From Opitutales bacterium (GTDB taxonomy: Bacteria; Verrucomicrobiota; Verrucomicrobiia; Opitutales; UBA9783): a stretch of 64,000 nt of DNA. The stretch is from NCBI GenBank assembly GCA_024407725.1, contig JAKSVZ010000002.1:7403-71402 (forward strand). Reading direction: 5' to 3'. The position numbers were made by a program, and so were the translations under genes. Positions within the stretch are counted from its first letter, which is position 1. Every line of letters begins with the position of its first letter. The notes beneath the pieces were generated by a model that saw only the letters and a list, made by a program, of their open reading frames with translations, did no database searches and was not told the origin of the DNA. This document shows positions 26,726-37,700 of the stretch, piece after piece.

Positions 26726-26743
26726 ATTTCTTTTAATTCACGG

Positions 26744-29305
26744 TTATTTTACTACAAAATTAACCAATTTATTGGGTACATAAACCGTACGGATTAAGGT
26801 TTTTTGTTCCAAATAAGGTGCAACCTTCGCATCGCCTTTGGCTGCTTGAATCACTTCCGCTTCTTGAGCAGGAACTGGAACAACAATCATTCCGCGCAGC
26901 TTCCCATTCACCTGAATAGGGATGTTTAATTGCTGGGATGCGCACAAACCCGCATCTGCCTTAGGCCATGGAGCATCCACAAGCGCTTCTGTTCGTCCGC
27001 AGCGGTGCCATAATTCCTCCGTAATATGCGGCGCAAACGGAGCCAGTAGTTGCAAAAACACCTCCATCGATTGCTTCGAAATCGTCGCTTCCTTTTGAAA
27101 ACCATTGAGGCAAATCATTAACTGCGAAATGGCGGTATTAAAGCGCAAATGTTCGATGGCATCCGTCACTTTTTGAATGCTTTCATGCAAAAGTTTTTGA
27201 CAATCGTCTGAAGGTGCATCCTGCGTAATGTTTTTAGACAACTCGCCATCTGTACCAATACACGCGCGCCATAGCTTGTTTAAGAAACGCGCTACTCCCT
27301 CAATGTTTTGCGTACTCCAAGGCTTCGAGGCTTCCAGCGGCCCCATAAACAATTCATACAGACGCAACGCATCCGCTCCGTATTGATCGACAATGTCGTT
27401 CGGATTCACCACATTCCCTAAGGATTTGGACATCTTATTGCCATCCGTTCCCAAAATAATACCAGGGTGGAATAAGTGCGTAAATGGTTCAGACGTGGGT
27501 AGCACACCGATATCAAACAAAAAATGATGCCAAAAGCGCGCATACAGGAGGTGTAAAACCGCATGTTCCGCTCCCCCTACATACAAATCGGGCGTTCCCC
27601 AATAAGCTAAAGCCTTGGGGTCTACCAAATGCTCCTCGTTATGCGGCGACAAATAACGCAGATAATACCAACAGGACCCCGCCCATTGCGGCATAGTATT
27701 GATTTCCCGCGCTCCCTCAATCCATTCAGTTGATGCACCTTGGTCTCCCGATTCAATCGCTCCTGTGGCTAAATTGATGCGTATGTGCAACCATTGAGCA
27801 TCGGCATTTTGTAAAGGAGTTGTGGAACCCTCAGTCGGTTGATAAGAATCCACCTTAGGCAAGGTTACCGGTAGGTGTTGTGACGTTAACGGTACAGCAT
27901 AAAACTTCATGCCATCCGCTTCATACGTTACCGGTTGAACCGGTAAAAATTCATGCAAAGGCGAGTTTTTGCACTGCAATAAACGTTGATAGTCCGCTTC
28001 CTTTACCCAAATAATCGGGAAGGGTTCCCCCCAATACCGTTGGCGCGAAAACAACCAATCATGCAGTTTGTATTGCACGGTTGCTTCTCCCAGTTGATGC
28101 TCGACCAATGCGTGCGTTATGCGCTCCTGAGCTTCATCGGTTGAAAGTCCCGAAAATTCCTTTGAATTGATGAGCACACCTGATTCACAAAACGGCAAAG
28201 GCGCTTCCTTTTCTGCTTGAATAACGGGAACAATGGGCAAATGCGCCATTTGGGCAAATGCGTAATCGCGGGTATCATGAGCCGGTACGCCCATAACCGC
28301 CCCTGTTCCATGGTACATCAACACATAATCGGCTACCCAAACCGGAACAGGTTCGTGCGTCAGCGGATGCGTTGCATACGAACCGGTAAACACTCCTGTT
28401 TTGTTTTTGGCAAGATCCGTTCGCTCCAAATCACTTTTGGCTGCAATACTCGCCTGATAAGCTTGAACCGCAGCCCGCTGTTCATCTGTGGTCAATTGGC
28501 CTACGGCCGGATGTTCGGGGGCTATCGCAATAAACGACACCCCAAATAACGTATCGGGGCGGGTGGTAAACACCTCTAAATAATCCCCATTGGGAATTTG
28601 GAACTTTACACGTGCTCCTTTGGAACGCCCTATCCACAATTTCTGTTGCCTTAGGGTCGCTTCCGGCCAATGCAATTGCGCTAATCCATCCAGCAATTTA
28701 TCCGCATAAGCCGTAATGTTCAGTACCCATTGCCGCAACGCTCGACGCTCCACCGGATAATGCCCGCGCTCCGATTTGCCATCGATTACCTCTTCGTTGG
28801 CTAACACCGTCCCTAATTTGGGACACCACCAAACCGGCTTGTTTTCAACGTGCGCCAACCCATGCTTAAAAAGTTGTAAAAAAATCCACTGCGTCCATCG
28901 GTAATAACTCGGCGCGGTCGTATCAATTTCGCGCGACCAATCAATCCCAATACCAACTCGCTGTATTTGCTTACGGAACGCATTGATATTGTTTTGCGTA
29001 TTGATGGATGGATGAACACCGGTCGCAATCGCATTTTGTTCCGCAGGAAGCCCAAACGCATCCCATCCCATCGCATGCAGCACGTTAAATCCACAGGCAC
29101 GCTTATACCGACCTAAAACATCCGTAGCGGTATAACCCTCAATGTGCCCTACATGCAATCCTGCAGCCGATGGATAAGGAAACATATCCAAAATCCAATA
29201 CTTGGATTTATCTGCCGATTCGGTTACACAAAACAATTGCTGGCGTTGCCATTCTTGCTGCCAATAAGCCTCAATCGCATTGAAATCGTAATGTGCATCC
29301 CTCAT
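26744..29305 (-). CDS. leuS: Leucyl-tRNA synthetase
   Basis: 853 aa. PYPSAAGLHVGHIEGY is the HIGH region, KMSKSLGN is the KMSKS motif, and a LeuRS-type editing insertion is present. Confidence 0.95.
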   Translation of the reverse strand: MRDAHYDFNAIEAYWQQEWQRQQLFCVTESADKSKYWILDMFPYPSAAGLHVGHIEGYTATDVLGRYKRACGFNVLHAMGWDAFGLPAEQNAIATGVHPSINTQNNINAFRKQIQRVGIGIDWSREIDTTAPSYYRWTQWIFLQLFKHGLAHVENKPVWWCPKLGTVLANEEVIDGKSERGHYPVERRALRQWVLNITAYADKLLDGLAQLHWPEATLRQQKLWIGRSKGARVKFQIPNGDYLEVFTTRPDTLFGVSFIAIAPEHPAVGQLTTDEQRAAVQAYQASIAAKSDLERTDLAKNKTGVFTGSYATHPLTHEPVPVWVADYVLMYHGTGAVMGVPAHDTRDYAFAQMAHLPIVPVIQAEKEAPLPFCESGVLINSKEFSGLSTDEAQERITHALVEHQLGEATVQYKLHDWLFSRQRYWGEPFPIIWVKEADYQRLLQCKNSPLHEFLPVQPVTYEADGMKFYAVPLTSQHLPVTLPKVDSYQPTEGSTTPLQNADAQWLHIRINLATGAIESGDQGASTEWIEGAREINTMPQWAGSCWYYLRYLSPHNEEHLVDPKALAYWGTPDLYVGGAEHAVLHLLYARFWHHFLFDIGVLPTSEPFTHLFHPGIILGTDGNKMSKSLGNVVNPNDIVDQYGADALRLYELFMGPLEASKPWSTQNIEGVARFLNKLWRACIGTDGELSKNITQDAPSDDCQKLLHESIQKVTDAIEHLRFNTAISQLMICLNGFQKEATISKQSMEVFLQLLAPFAPHITEELWHRCGRTEALVDAPWPKADAGLCASQQLNIPIQVNGKLRGMIVVPVPAQEAEVIQAAKGDAKVAPYLEQKTLIRTVYVPNKLVNFVVK

Positions 29306-29367
29306 GGTCTTTTATCCTACACCCCAAGGATATTTCAGCAAGCGAAAACCCATCCACCCCCCATAAG

Positions 29368-29396
29368 TTGCGATTTCTGGAATTATCGAATATAAT
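29368..29396 (+). promoter_or_regulatory. Sigma70-like promoter of the OMP gene at 29428
   Basis: TTGCGA (29368-29373), an exact 17-nt spacer, then TATAAT (29391-29396). It lies 32 nt upstream of the ATG. Confidence 0.55.
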
Positions 29397-29427
29397 TCTT
29401 TTAAGGTTTCCCCAGAAAGAACATAAC

Positions 29428-30288
29428 ATGATTCACAGATGGATGGTTTTAGGCACCTTAAGCCTAGGGCTAATAATGTGTGTACCTTGCCATGGATATG
29501 TCATGGTACGCGGAGGATTTGGAGATTTACACAGTGATGATACCGGAAGTTTCGAAAAAACAAACGGCGCTGTCGATAATCCTCCACCCGATGGACAGGA
29601 AATACATGGAATTTGCCGCCAAAATCAATGTACAACCGGATCATTTCATTACAGCAGTAAAAACCTATCCGTTGCATTAGGCCGTCGCTTCGATATATTT
29701 GCCTTCGGAGCATTAGGATTAGAATTAGAAATCTTAGGCACTTACGCCAAGTTAAAAGACCCAACACGAACACTCACAAATCAATTGGGAAATATGATCG
29801 CTATACCTATGCCGGATATGTATGGCGTCATTGCTAAACGAATTCGGGAACCCGGCAATCCTAATCCTGCCACGCTCTTGAATCCACGTTTTTTATACCT
29901 CAAAAACCAATATGTTGCCGGAGCTCAGGTCAACGTGTATTGGGAACAGTATCTATTGGATTGGTTATCGGCTGGTATCGGAGGAGGTATTGGCGGTGCT
30001 TACGTCAGCACACGCTTTAGCACCTTGGAATTTTATGTAAGAGGAATTGGAGCTGGTGCCCCTTTTGCTACCCCCGCGACCAATCACTCAAAGTACGTCC
30101 ATTCCGGCTCATTGTTGTATAACTTTAGCCTCTTTGTACGCGCAGAAAAATTTGAGACGCTATTCGAGGTTGGTTACCGCCATATCGGTTTGCATCAGAT
30201 GTGGAATAAATGCTATGGATATACAATCCCAAAGTTGGCTAACATGCATTCCGACCAAGTATACATTGGTGTAGGAAGAACGTTCTAA
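29428..30288 (+). CDS. Outer-membrane beta-barrel protein, family 1 paralog 2
   Basis: The ATG at 29428 gives MIHRWMVLGTLSLGLIMCVPCHG. The last 65 aa are identical to those of the 25305 paralog. Confidence 0.75.
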   Translation: MIHRWMVLGTLSLGLIMCVPCHGYVMVRGGFGDLHSDDTGSFEKTNGAVDNPPPDGQEIHGICRQNQCTTGSFHYSSKNLSVALGRRFDIFAFGALGLELEILGTYAKLKDPTRTLTNQLGNMIAIPMPDMYGVIAKRIREPGNPNPATLLNPRFLYLKNQYVAGAQVNVYWEQYLLDWLSAGIGGGIGGAYVSTRFSTLEFYVRGIGAGAPFATPATNHSKYVHSGSLLYNFSLFVRAEKFETLFEVGYRHIGLHQMWNKCYGYTIPKLANMHSDQVYIGVGRTF

Positions 30289-30310
30289 CAGAACAAAAAT
30301 GCCGCTAAAT

Positions 30311-31198
30311 CTACTTCAAATCCCACGAAAAGAAGTATTCATCTATCGGTTTGTGCTGTTTAAAATAGTCGTACGACTTGGCTATATGACCTAAATCGAG
30401 CGCTTGATAACCCTTCAATGCTAAATCATAAGCCAAAACAGTAGCGGTTGTCCCTAAAATCACCACTACTAAGGATTGTTTATCAATCGTCAGAGCTTGT
30501 TTTAAAATGGCATCGTATTCCGCAAATGCTTCCCGTTCAGGGGCATATTGATAACGCACCTCTGCCGCATTATCAAAAACGTTATACTTAAAATGTTTAA
30601 AAGTATAACGCCCACAGATAACCACGACGTTACGCTTTTCCCATAACTGCCGAAGTTTTCGGTAATAAGCATCTTCCTCCGAATGACACACAAACGGAAT
30701 ACTTAAACAAGCCTCATAGTACGTCATACCTTGGTGAATAACAGCTTCTAGGAACCCTCGATGTTCATAGGCCGTCAACATATGTTCGTGATCACAACGG
30801 GTATCTAAATAATAATAGGAGCGCTTAATCCCAATCAAAATATCCGGATGATTGGAGTGCAAAATTGCCTTCAGGCGCTCAGCAAGCATCGGATTGGGCT
30901 GCTGAAAAACATTCGGGCGTCCCATCATAGTATCGATTTCCCCGTCCCCAAAGCGCACAATACTCACACGCCGCGATAGAAGTTCGTTTACTGTTTCTTC
31001 AGCCGTTTTAATCGTCGGAATACACACCTTGGGTAATTCATCATGCAGGGCGTATTTTAACGTTTCTTTTAAAAAATCCATGTTTTCACACAACAAAAAC
31101 TGAAACTGTTTGTTGTATCGACGTAAGATATAATGCAAACACTGAGCCAAAACCCATCGAGGGGTCCAATGACGTATATTCTTTAAGCGCTTAAACAT
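30311..31198 (-). CDS. DUF1792 / GT-D-type glycosyltransferase-like protein
   Basis: 295 aa. SIVRFGDGEIDTMMG resembles the conserved R-x-GDGE motif of the DUF1792 (GT-D fold) family. The assignment is from memory of that motif only. Confidence 0.5.
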   Translation of the reverse strand: MFKRLKNIRHWTPRWVLAQCLHYILRRYNKQFQFLLCENMDFLKETLKYALHDELPKVCIPTIKTAEETVNELLSRRVSIVRFGDGEIDTMMGRPNVFQQPNPMLAERLKAILHSNHPDILIGIKRSYYYLDTRCDHEHMLTAYEHRGFLEAVIHQGMTYYEACLSIPFVCHSEEDAYYRKLRQLWEKRNVVVICGRYTFKHFKYNVFDNAAEVRYQYAPEREAFAEYDAILKQALTIDKQSLVVVILGTTATVLAYDLALKGYQALDLGHIAKSYDYFKQHKPIDEYFFSWDLK

Positions 31199-31225
31199 TG
31201 ATTTTTGAATACATTAAAGCATCTA

Positions 31226-31302
31226 TGGTCGGGATGATCGGATTCGAACCGACGGCCTCTACGTCCCGAACGTAGCGCTCTACCAGGCTAAGCTACATCC
31301 CG
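31226..31302 (-). tRNA. tRNA-Pro (anticodon CGG), CCA encoded
   Basis: The reverse complement is CGGGATGTAGCTTAGCCTGGTAGAGCGCTACGTTCGGGACGTAGAGGCCGTCGGTTCGAATCCGATCATCCCGACCA. Acceptor stem CGGGATG/CATCCCG, anticodon loop TTCGGGA, T-loop GGTTCGAATCC. Confidence 0.9.
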
Positions 31303-31328
31303 ATTATGCTATTACATAAAACCGAAAA

Positions 31329-31829
31329 TTAAACGTAACTCAAACCTTTTGATGAAAAACAATAACATAAGGCAGCTGCACTCGCATCCGATTCATCATA
31401 AGGGAGGGGGCTGGGTAGGTGTAACAACTGCATAACCATTTGCGCCACTTGTTGTTTGGTCGCTTGTCCACGGCCTGTAATCGATTTTTTAATCCGCAAA
31501 GGCGTAAACTCTTGCACAGGAAGCTGAGCCAAAGCAACTGCGCTTAAACACGCTCCGCGCGCAGACCCCAAAATATGCGCTGTCCGAACATTCTGAACAT
31601 AAATCGTTTGTTCAACCGCAACTGCTGTTATCGGATACTTTTGCAAAAACCGCTGAGTCGTTAAAAAAATCTCCCCTAAACACTCCGTAAAACTTTTGCT
31701 TGCGCTTAATTTTAACGTTAAGGAATCAAGTAAACGAATCGTATGCATCGGGCTAGCCTCAATAACGCTAAATCCTGATCCTCGCAAACTGGGATCGATT
31801 CCCAATACCGTACCTGCAAAAGGCGCCAT
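31329..31829 (-). CDS. ruvC: Holliday junction resolvase RuvC
   Basis: From the ATG at 31829: MAPFAGTVLGIDPSLRGSGFSVIE... (catalytic Asp region). About 167 aa, which is RuvC-like in length. Confidence 0.85.
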   Translation of the reverse strand: MAPFAGTVLGIDPSLRGSGFSVIEASPMHTIRLLDSLTLKLSASKSFTECLGEIFLTTQRFLQKYPITAVAVEQTIYVQNVRTAHILGSARGACLSAVALAQLPVQEFTPLRIKKSITGRGQATKQQVAQMVMQLLHLPSPLPYDESDASAAALCYCFSSKGLSYV

Positions 31830-31935
31830 GTCGGTATTGATTGATCGTGCACGCGGCTTAGTTTTACCCTTAATATGAGCCGTCCATAACGCCCGTCGTC
31901 CCGTCATTCCCATAAATTGGCTTTCGGTAGTTAAA

Positions 31936-32664
31936 TTACTCTTTGGGAGTATTTGCCGGTATCCGTAATTTCATCCCTACGCGTACGCTATTAGCGGACG
32001 GCAACACATCTCGGTTGGCATCATAAATGCGCTTCCATTTACCGGCATTTCCGTACATTTTAAGGCTGATTTTGGATAACGAATCGCCATCCTGAACCGT
32101 ATACAAACTTCCCTGTTGGGCTACCATGGGAACCACTGGCGTCACTACATTATTGGGGGTATGAGTCGCAAGGGTATTGGATAGGCGTGCTTGAGCTAAG
32201 GCAACTTTCAGGCGATCGTTTTCAGCACGCACCTGCTTTAAAACATCCAATAAATCCAAATGTTCTTTGTTTTCGGTATAACGATCGTTCAAGGGTAGGG
32301 TGCGGATAAATTCCTTTTTGGCGGTATCAATCAAATCTACCACCACGCGCGCTAACTTTCCCTCTGGGCTCTTTTCCAAATAACACCGAAAATGATAAAT
32401 GGCAAAAATTGGATCTTTTTTGATACGCAAGTAAAGCTGTCCCAATTCAAAATGGGTTTCGGGGCAAGCTCCCTTCCGTTTTTCCAATAAGCGATTGAAC
32501 AAATCGAACGCTTCCTCGTTGCGGTTTTCTTGCAAACACAACTGCCCTTCTTGGAACAAGGGCTCTTCTCGCTCTTCTACAATTTTCTTGGAATAATCAC
32601 AGCCCCCGAGATGGATTAAACCCATCAACAGGATAATGCCAAAATTGTATCGAAATGCCTTCAT
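31936..32664 (-). CDS. Lipoprotein with a TPR-like region and a C-terminal LysM domain
   Basis: Lipobox LGGC in the signal peptide. The LysM domain reads YTVQDGDSLSKISLKMYGNAGKWKRIYDANRDVL...GMKLRIP. Confidence 0.75.
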   Translation of the reverse strand: MKAFRYNFGIILLMGLIHLGGCDYSKKIVEEREEPLFQEGQLCLQENRNEEAFDLFNRLLEKRKGACPETHFELGQLYLRIKKDPIFAIYHFRCYLEKSPEGKLARVVVDLIDTAKKEFIRTLPLNDRYTENKEHLDLLDVLKQVRAENDRLKVALAQARLSNTLATHTPNNVVTPVVPMVAQQGSLYTVQDGDSLSKISLKMYGNAGKWKRIYDANRDVLPSANSVRVGMKLRIPANTPKE

Positions 32665-32702
32665 GTAATTTTATTATAGCACTTGGGTACACACGTTGAT
32701 AT

Positions 32703-34559
32703 TCACGCTTCCTTTTCCTGAAACGCTTCTGGTAATAAGCGTTGATCGATTTCAGTGCGTAACAAGGCAATCAATTGGTCAATGGGATAAGTTCCATTGT
32801 TATGCGGCTGACAACGCGAACGTATAGAAACCGAACGTGCTGATTGCTCTTTCTCTCCTAAAATACAAACATAGGGGATTTTGTCGCCTTCGGCACTGCG
32901 AATCTTTGAATTTAACGTTTCCGCACGGTCGTCTACCGAACAACGGATCTTCGCTTGCTTTAACAAGGCATACACTTCGTCCGCATAAGCAATACAGCTA
33001 TCCTTAATCGGCAATAAACGCACTTGTTCAGGCGCTAACCACAAGGGGAAATCACCCCCAAAGTGCTCGATTAATAGACCGCAGAAGCGTTCCATAGAAC
33101 CAAACGGTGCGCGATGGATCATAATCGGTACATGCGGCTGGTTATCTGAACCCACATAGTGAATCTTAAACCGATACGGAAGGTTATAATCGATTTGAAT
33201 GGTTCCTAATTGCCACTCACGCCCTAATACGTCCCGCACGATAAAATCCAATTTTGGGCCATAAAACGCTGCTTCTCCGATGGCTTCGGTCGATGGCTTA
33301 TCCAGCTGTTTAGCTGCTTCCCGTAAGGCCTGCTCCGATTTTTCCCATAAAGCACTATCGCCAATATACTTATCAGATGCGGGATCCCGTAGGGAAATAC
33401 GCACACGATAATCACTCATGCCCAAGGTTGTGAAAATAATATTAACTAACTTCAGGCATCCCTTCAGTTCATCTGCAACCTGATCTTCACGGCAAAAGAT
33501 ATGGGCATCATCTTGGGTAAAGCCTCGAACACGCGTTAACCCTCCAAGTTCTCCCGATTGTTCCCAACGATAAACCGTACCAAATTCTGCCAAACGCAAC
33601 GGCAATTCACGGTAGGAACGCATCTGAGAGGCATACAAACGGACGTGCATGGGACAATTCATGGGCTTTAACAAAAAGCCATCGATATCCAGTTTGTCTC
33701 TTACACGCTCTTTTATTTCATCTAAACTCTGCGCTTGAGCAACAGCTCGTTCCATGCATTCTCGATCCCAAATAGGATGGAATTGCGAATCTTTATAGTA
33801 CGGATAATGCCCAGAAACCTTAAAGAGGTCTAATTTTCCAATATGAGGGGTCATCACTTGGTCATAACCTTGTTTGTCCAATTCCTCCTCTAGAAACAAC
33901 TGCAATTGTTTCCGCAAAATGGTACCCTTCGGCGTCCACAAAATCAATCCTTGACCAACCAAGCTGTCGATTAGGAACAGATTTAACTTAACCCCCAATT
34001 TACGATGATCCCGTTCTTTTGCCTGCTCCATACGTTGCAGGTACTGCTCCAAATCTTTTTTGGAAGCAAAGGCGGTTCCATAAATCCGTTGCATCTGCTG
34101 ACGAGTCTCATCGCCCTGATAATAACACCCAGCAATGGATAACAACTTAATAGCCTTAATACACCCAGTACTTTTTACGTGAGGGCCGCGGCACAAATCT
34201 AAAAAATCGCCAGTTTTATATAGCGAAATAACCTCGCCTTCCGGAATAGCGTCCAAACGTTCACACTTGTACGATTGATGGAGGGCTTGCATTTTCTGAC
34301 GCGCTGTTTCGCGCGATACCTCCATGCGCTCAAAAGGCTCATTGGCTGCTATAATCGACTGCATTTCAGCTTCAATAGCAGTTAGGTCTTTTTCGGTTAA
34401 TGATCTGGGAAGATCGAAATCGTAAAAAAAGCCATTTTCGGTGGCAGGACCTATATCATACTTTGCATCCGGAAACAAACGTAGTACTGCTGCTGCTAAC
34501 ACGTGAGCCGCCGAATGACGTAAGATCTGCAATTGATTCTGTTCGTCGTTAGAAGCCAT
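32703..34559 (-). CDS. thrS: Threonyl-tRNA synthetase (no N-terminal TGS domain)
   Basis: The ATG at 34559 gives MASNDEQNQLQILRHSAAHVLA, which starts at the editing-domain HxxxH motif. Class II core YRWEQSGELGGLTRVRGFTQDDAHIF. Confidence 0.9.
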   Translation of the reverse strand: MASNDEQNQLQILRHSAAHVLAAAVLRLFPDAKYDIGPATENGFFYDFDLPRSLTEKDLTAIEAEMQSIIAANEPFERMEVSRETARQKMQALHQSYKCERLDAIPEGEVISLYKTGDFLDLCRGPHVKSTGCIKAIKLLSIAGCYYQGDETRQQMQRIYGTAFASKKDLEQYLQRMEQAKERDHRKLGVKLNLFLIDSLVGQGLILWTPKGTILRKQLQLFLEEELDKQGYDQVMTPHIGKLDLFKVSGHYPYYKDSQFHPIWDRECMERAVAQAQSLDEIKERVRDKLDIDGFLLKPMNCPMHVRLYASQMRSYRELPLRLAEFGTVYRWEQSGELGGLTRVRGFTQDDAHIFCREDQVADELKGCLKLVNIIFTTLGMSDYRVRISLRDPASDKYIGDSALWEKSEQALREAAKQLDKPSTEAIGEAAFYGPKLDFIVRDVLGREWQLGTIQIDYNLPYRFKIHYVGSDNQPHVPIMIHRAPFGSMERFCGLLIEHFGGDFPLWLAPEQVRLLPIKDSCIAYADEVYALLKQAKIRCSVDDRAETLNSKIRSAEGDKIPYVCILGEKEQSARSVSIRSRCQPHNNGTYPIDQLIALLRTEIDQRLLPEAFQEKEA

Positions 34560-34677
34560 AATTTTATTTTTTAGCATAGCCCTTTGATAAAACCCGCGCA
34601 ATGAAATTTATAACAACTTATTTTAAAAATAAATTGCGCTTGCAGATTCGCTACAGATAGCTTAGCGTTAAAACGTT

Positions 34678-34763
34678 GCCGGAGTGGCGGAATGGTAGAC
34701 GCTGAGGACTTAAAATCCTTTGATCGTAAGGTCGTGCGGGTTCAAGTCCCGCCTTCGGCACCA
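34678..34763 (+). tRNA. tRNA-Leu (anticodon UAA), long variable arm, CCA encoded
   Basis: GCCGGAGTGGCGGAATGGTAGACGCTGAGGACTTAAAATCCTTTGATCGTAAGGTCGTGCGGGTTCAAGTCCCGCCTTCGGCACCA. Anticodon loop CTTAAAA, T arm GCGGG-TTCAAGT-CCCGC. Confidence 0.9.
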
Positions 34764-34782
34764 ATCCCAAAGTTAGCTTTTT

Positions 34783-37700
34783 TTAAGAAGTAAAAGCCCT
34801 ACGACCCGTGTTTTTCATAGGAAATGGCGCTATTTCACGAACCCCCACCTCTAACGCATAAAACGCCGGATGCGCGCGCAATTCCTGAAGATCGTTCAAA
34901 GACATAAAGCACTTAGCTCCATACGGCAAAGAGCCTTCTAACGCAAACTGGTCATTGACCTTAAAGCTTACTTTTTGCTCCACCGACCCATCATTTCGCT
35001 CAATTTTTTCACGCAAACACTTAAAGAAATCAATTGCAGCCTCTGTTGGCTTGATAATCCAATGAAACGATTGAATGAGGGTATTAAAGCTTGAATGAAA
35101 GTCCAACACACGCTGAACGGTTAACGAATACCCTGTGTCATTTTTCCGCACGGTTCCTTCAACCACCAACAGTGATCCTTCTTGTACCAATGCTCCATAG
35201 CGCTCAAAAGCATCCGAAAACAATTGCATTTCGTAACGAAAGGTCTTGGTAGAAAGATTAAAGTTTAACCAAGGGCGGTTCGTTTTGCGCGAAATCCGTT
35301 TGGTCACCTCATCAACAACTCCACAGATACGAAAAACTTCATTGTTGGGAACCAGAGGCAATTCTTCCGGCAAAAAGGTTTGTAAACGCTCATCCAAGCC
35401 TTGCAGCGCATCCAAAGGATGACCGGATAGATAAAATCCAAGCAGTTCATGCTCGTCACGCAATTGGTCAAACAGTATCGTGCTGTTCGGCGGTTGAATC
35501 GACTCATCCGCTCCTTTTGCATTGTCGTCCTGAACCTCTGAAGCGCTTTCGCCGCTGCCCATCAGGGTACCTAGGTCAAACAAAGAGGTTTGCCCGCGTT
35601 GGCGGTCGGATTGAACCGATGCAGCCGTTTTCAACAAATCATCCATGTGGGTCAGCAAATACTGACGATTCGCATTCATACTATCAAACGCGCCCGTTTT
35701 AATCAGATTTTCTACCACACGCCGATTGGACGCCTTGGAATCCACCCGCTGAATAAAATCGATAAAAGAATGAAACGGCCCATTGCGTTTTCTCTCTTCT
35801 AAAATACTGTTGGCGGCTACATCCCCAACCCCTTTAATAGCGGATAAACCAAAACGAATGTGCCTTTGTCCCTTGCTGACAATAGGCGTAAAGGTTGCCC
35901 CTGATTCATTTACATCTGGGCCTAAAATCGTGATATGCAGCTCGGAGCGTGCGTTTTCAATATAGTAGGACAGACGGTCGCTATTGCCCAATTCGGACGA
36001 TAAAACCGCTGCCATAAATTGAACTGGATAATGTGCCCTTAAATACGCCGTTCGATAGATAATAATCGCATAGGCATCCGAATGGGATTTGTTAAACCCA
36101 TAACCAGCAAATTTGGCCAAAACATCGAAAATTTCATTCGCTTTGCCCTCTGAAATGCTGTTATGCTCCCAAGCGCCTTTGACAAATACCGCTCGTTGTG
36201 CATTCATCACCTCCACTTTCTTTTTCCCCATGGCACGCCGCAAAATATCTGCTTCTCCCAAGGAATAACCGGCAATCACACGCGCAGCCTGCATTACCTG
36301 TTCTTGGAACACCAAAATTCCATAGGTCTGTTTACAAACCGGCTCTAACAATGGATGGATGTAATGGATGCTATCCGGATTCTTTTTCCCGTTGATATAC
36401 TCGGGTATCCATTCCATCGGCCCCGGACGATTCAACGCACTTAAGGCACTGATTTCATCAATTGAACGAAATTGAAACTGACTGCACAGCTTTTGAATAA
36501 ACGGAGATTCAAATTGAAACACCCCAACCGTCTCCCCGCGGGTTAACATTTGAAAGGTAGCTGCATCCTCAAATGAAATTGTGCGTATATCAAAATCCGG
36601 ATCGCCCTGTTCATGGATAAAGGTTTCGGTATCTTGAATAATGGTTAAGGTTTTTAGACCCAAAAAATCCATTTTCAATAGCCCTAATTCCTCAACGTAT
36701 TCCTTGGAATATTGCGTTGTTAACTCATCCTCTTGCAAGGTGGTAGGAACAAAATCCGTTAGCGGATGATCACTGACAATAATACCGCACGCATGCGTAC
36801 CGGAATTACGTGCAATCCCTTCCAACACCAACCCTTGCTCAATGAGCTTCTGGGCTGCCGGATCGGCATCAACCGCCTCTTTAAGCTCAAGCGAGCGTTC
36901 CAAAGCATCCCTAAGGGTAATGTGTATGTCATCCGGAATCATTTTTGCCAAACGATCCGCCTGAGCATAGGACATATCGTACACCCGTGCTAAATCTCGC
37001 ACAACCATCTTGGCACCCAAGGTACCAAACGTAATAATTTTGCCGACGTTCTCATCGCCATACGTCCGCCGTACATACTGAATCACTTCGTCGCGGCGCC
37101 GCATGCAAAAATCAATATCGATATCCGGAGGAGATACACGGTCTGGATTGAGGAAACGCTCAAACAGCAGGTTAAACCGTATAGGATCGGTATCCGTGAT
37201 GGTTAAAACGTAAGCCACCAATGAACCGGCAGCAGAACCTCGTCCGGGACCCACAGCAATCCCTTGCGTTTTAGCCCAATGGATAAAATCCCAAACAATC
37301 AAAAAATAATCAATAAAGCCTGCTTGCTCAATAATACGCCATTCATACTTCAGGCGTTCCACCATGTCATGCGCCGATAGGCCAAATACATCCGGACCTG
37401 TTTCGCTTGCAAAATCAATTCCATAGCGATTCTTGAGCCCCTGAATGCACAAGCCCATAAACAGCTCTTTGTTGTTCTTATACTGCTTTTGATAGGCTTC
37501 TGATAAGTGCGAAGCGGTAAACACCGGATAATGATTTTCCCCAAATGGCAAAACAGCCGAACACTGCTCCATAACCCTCAGCGTATGGGTCAACACCTCG
37601 GGGTGATCCGGAAACGCCAAAGCCATTTCTTCAGCTGATTTTAAATAAAATTGACGGGTTGGCATGCGCATACGCTCTTCATCGCTAACCTTCATACCGG

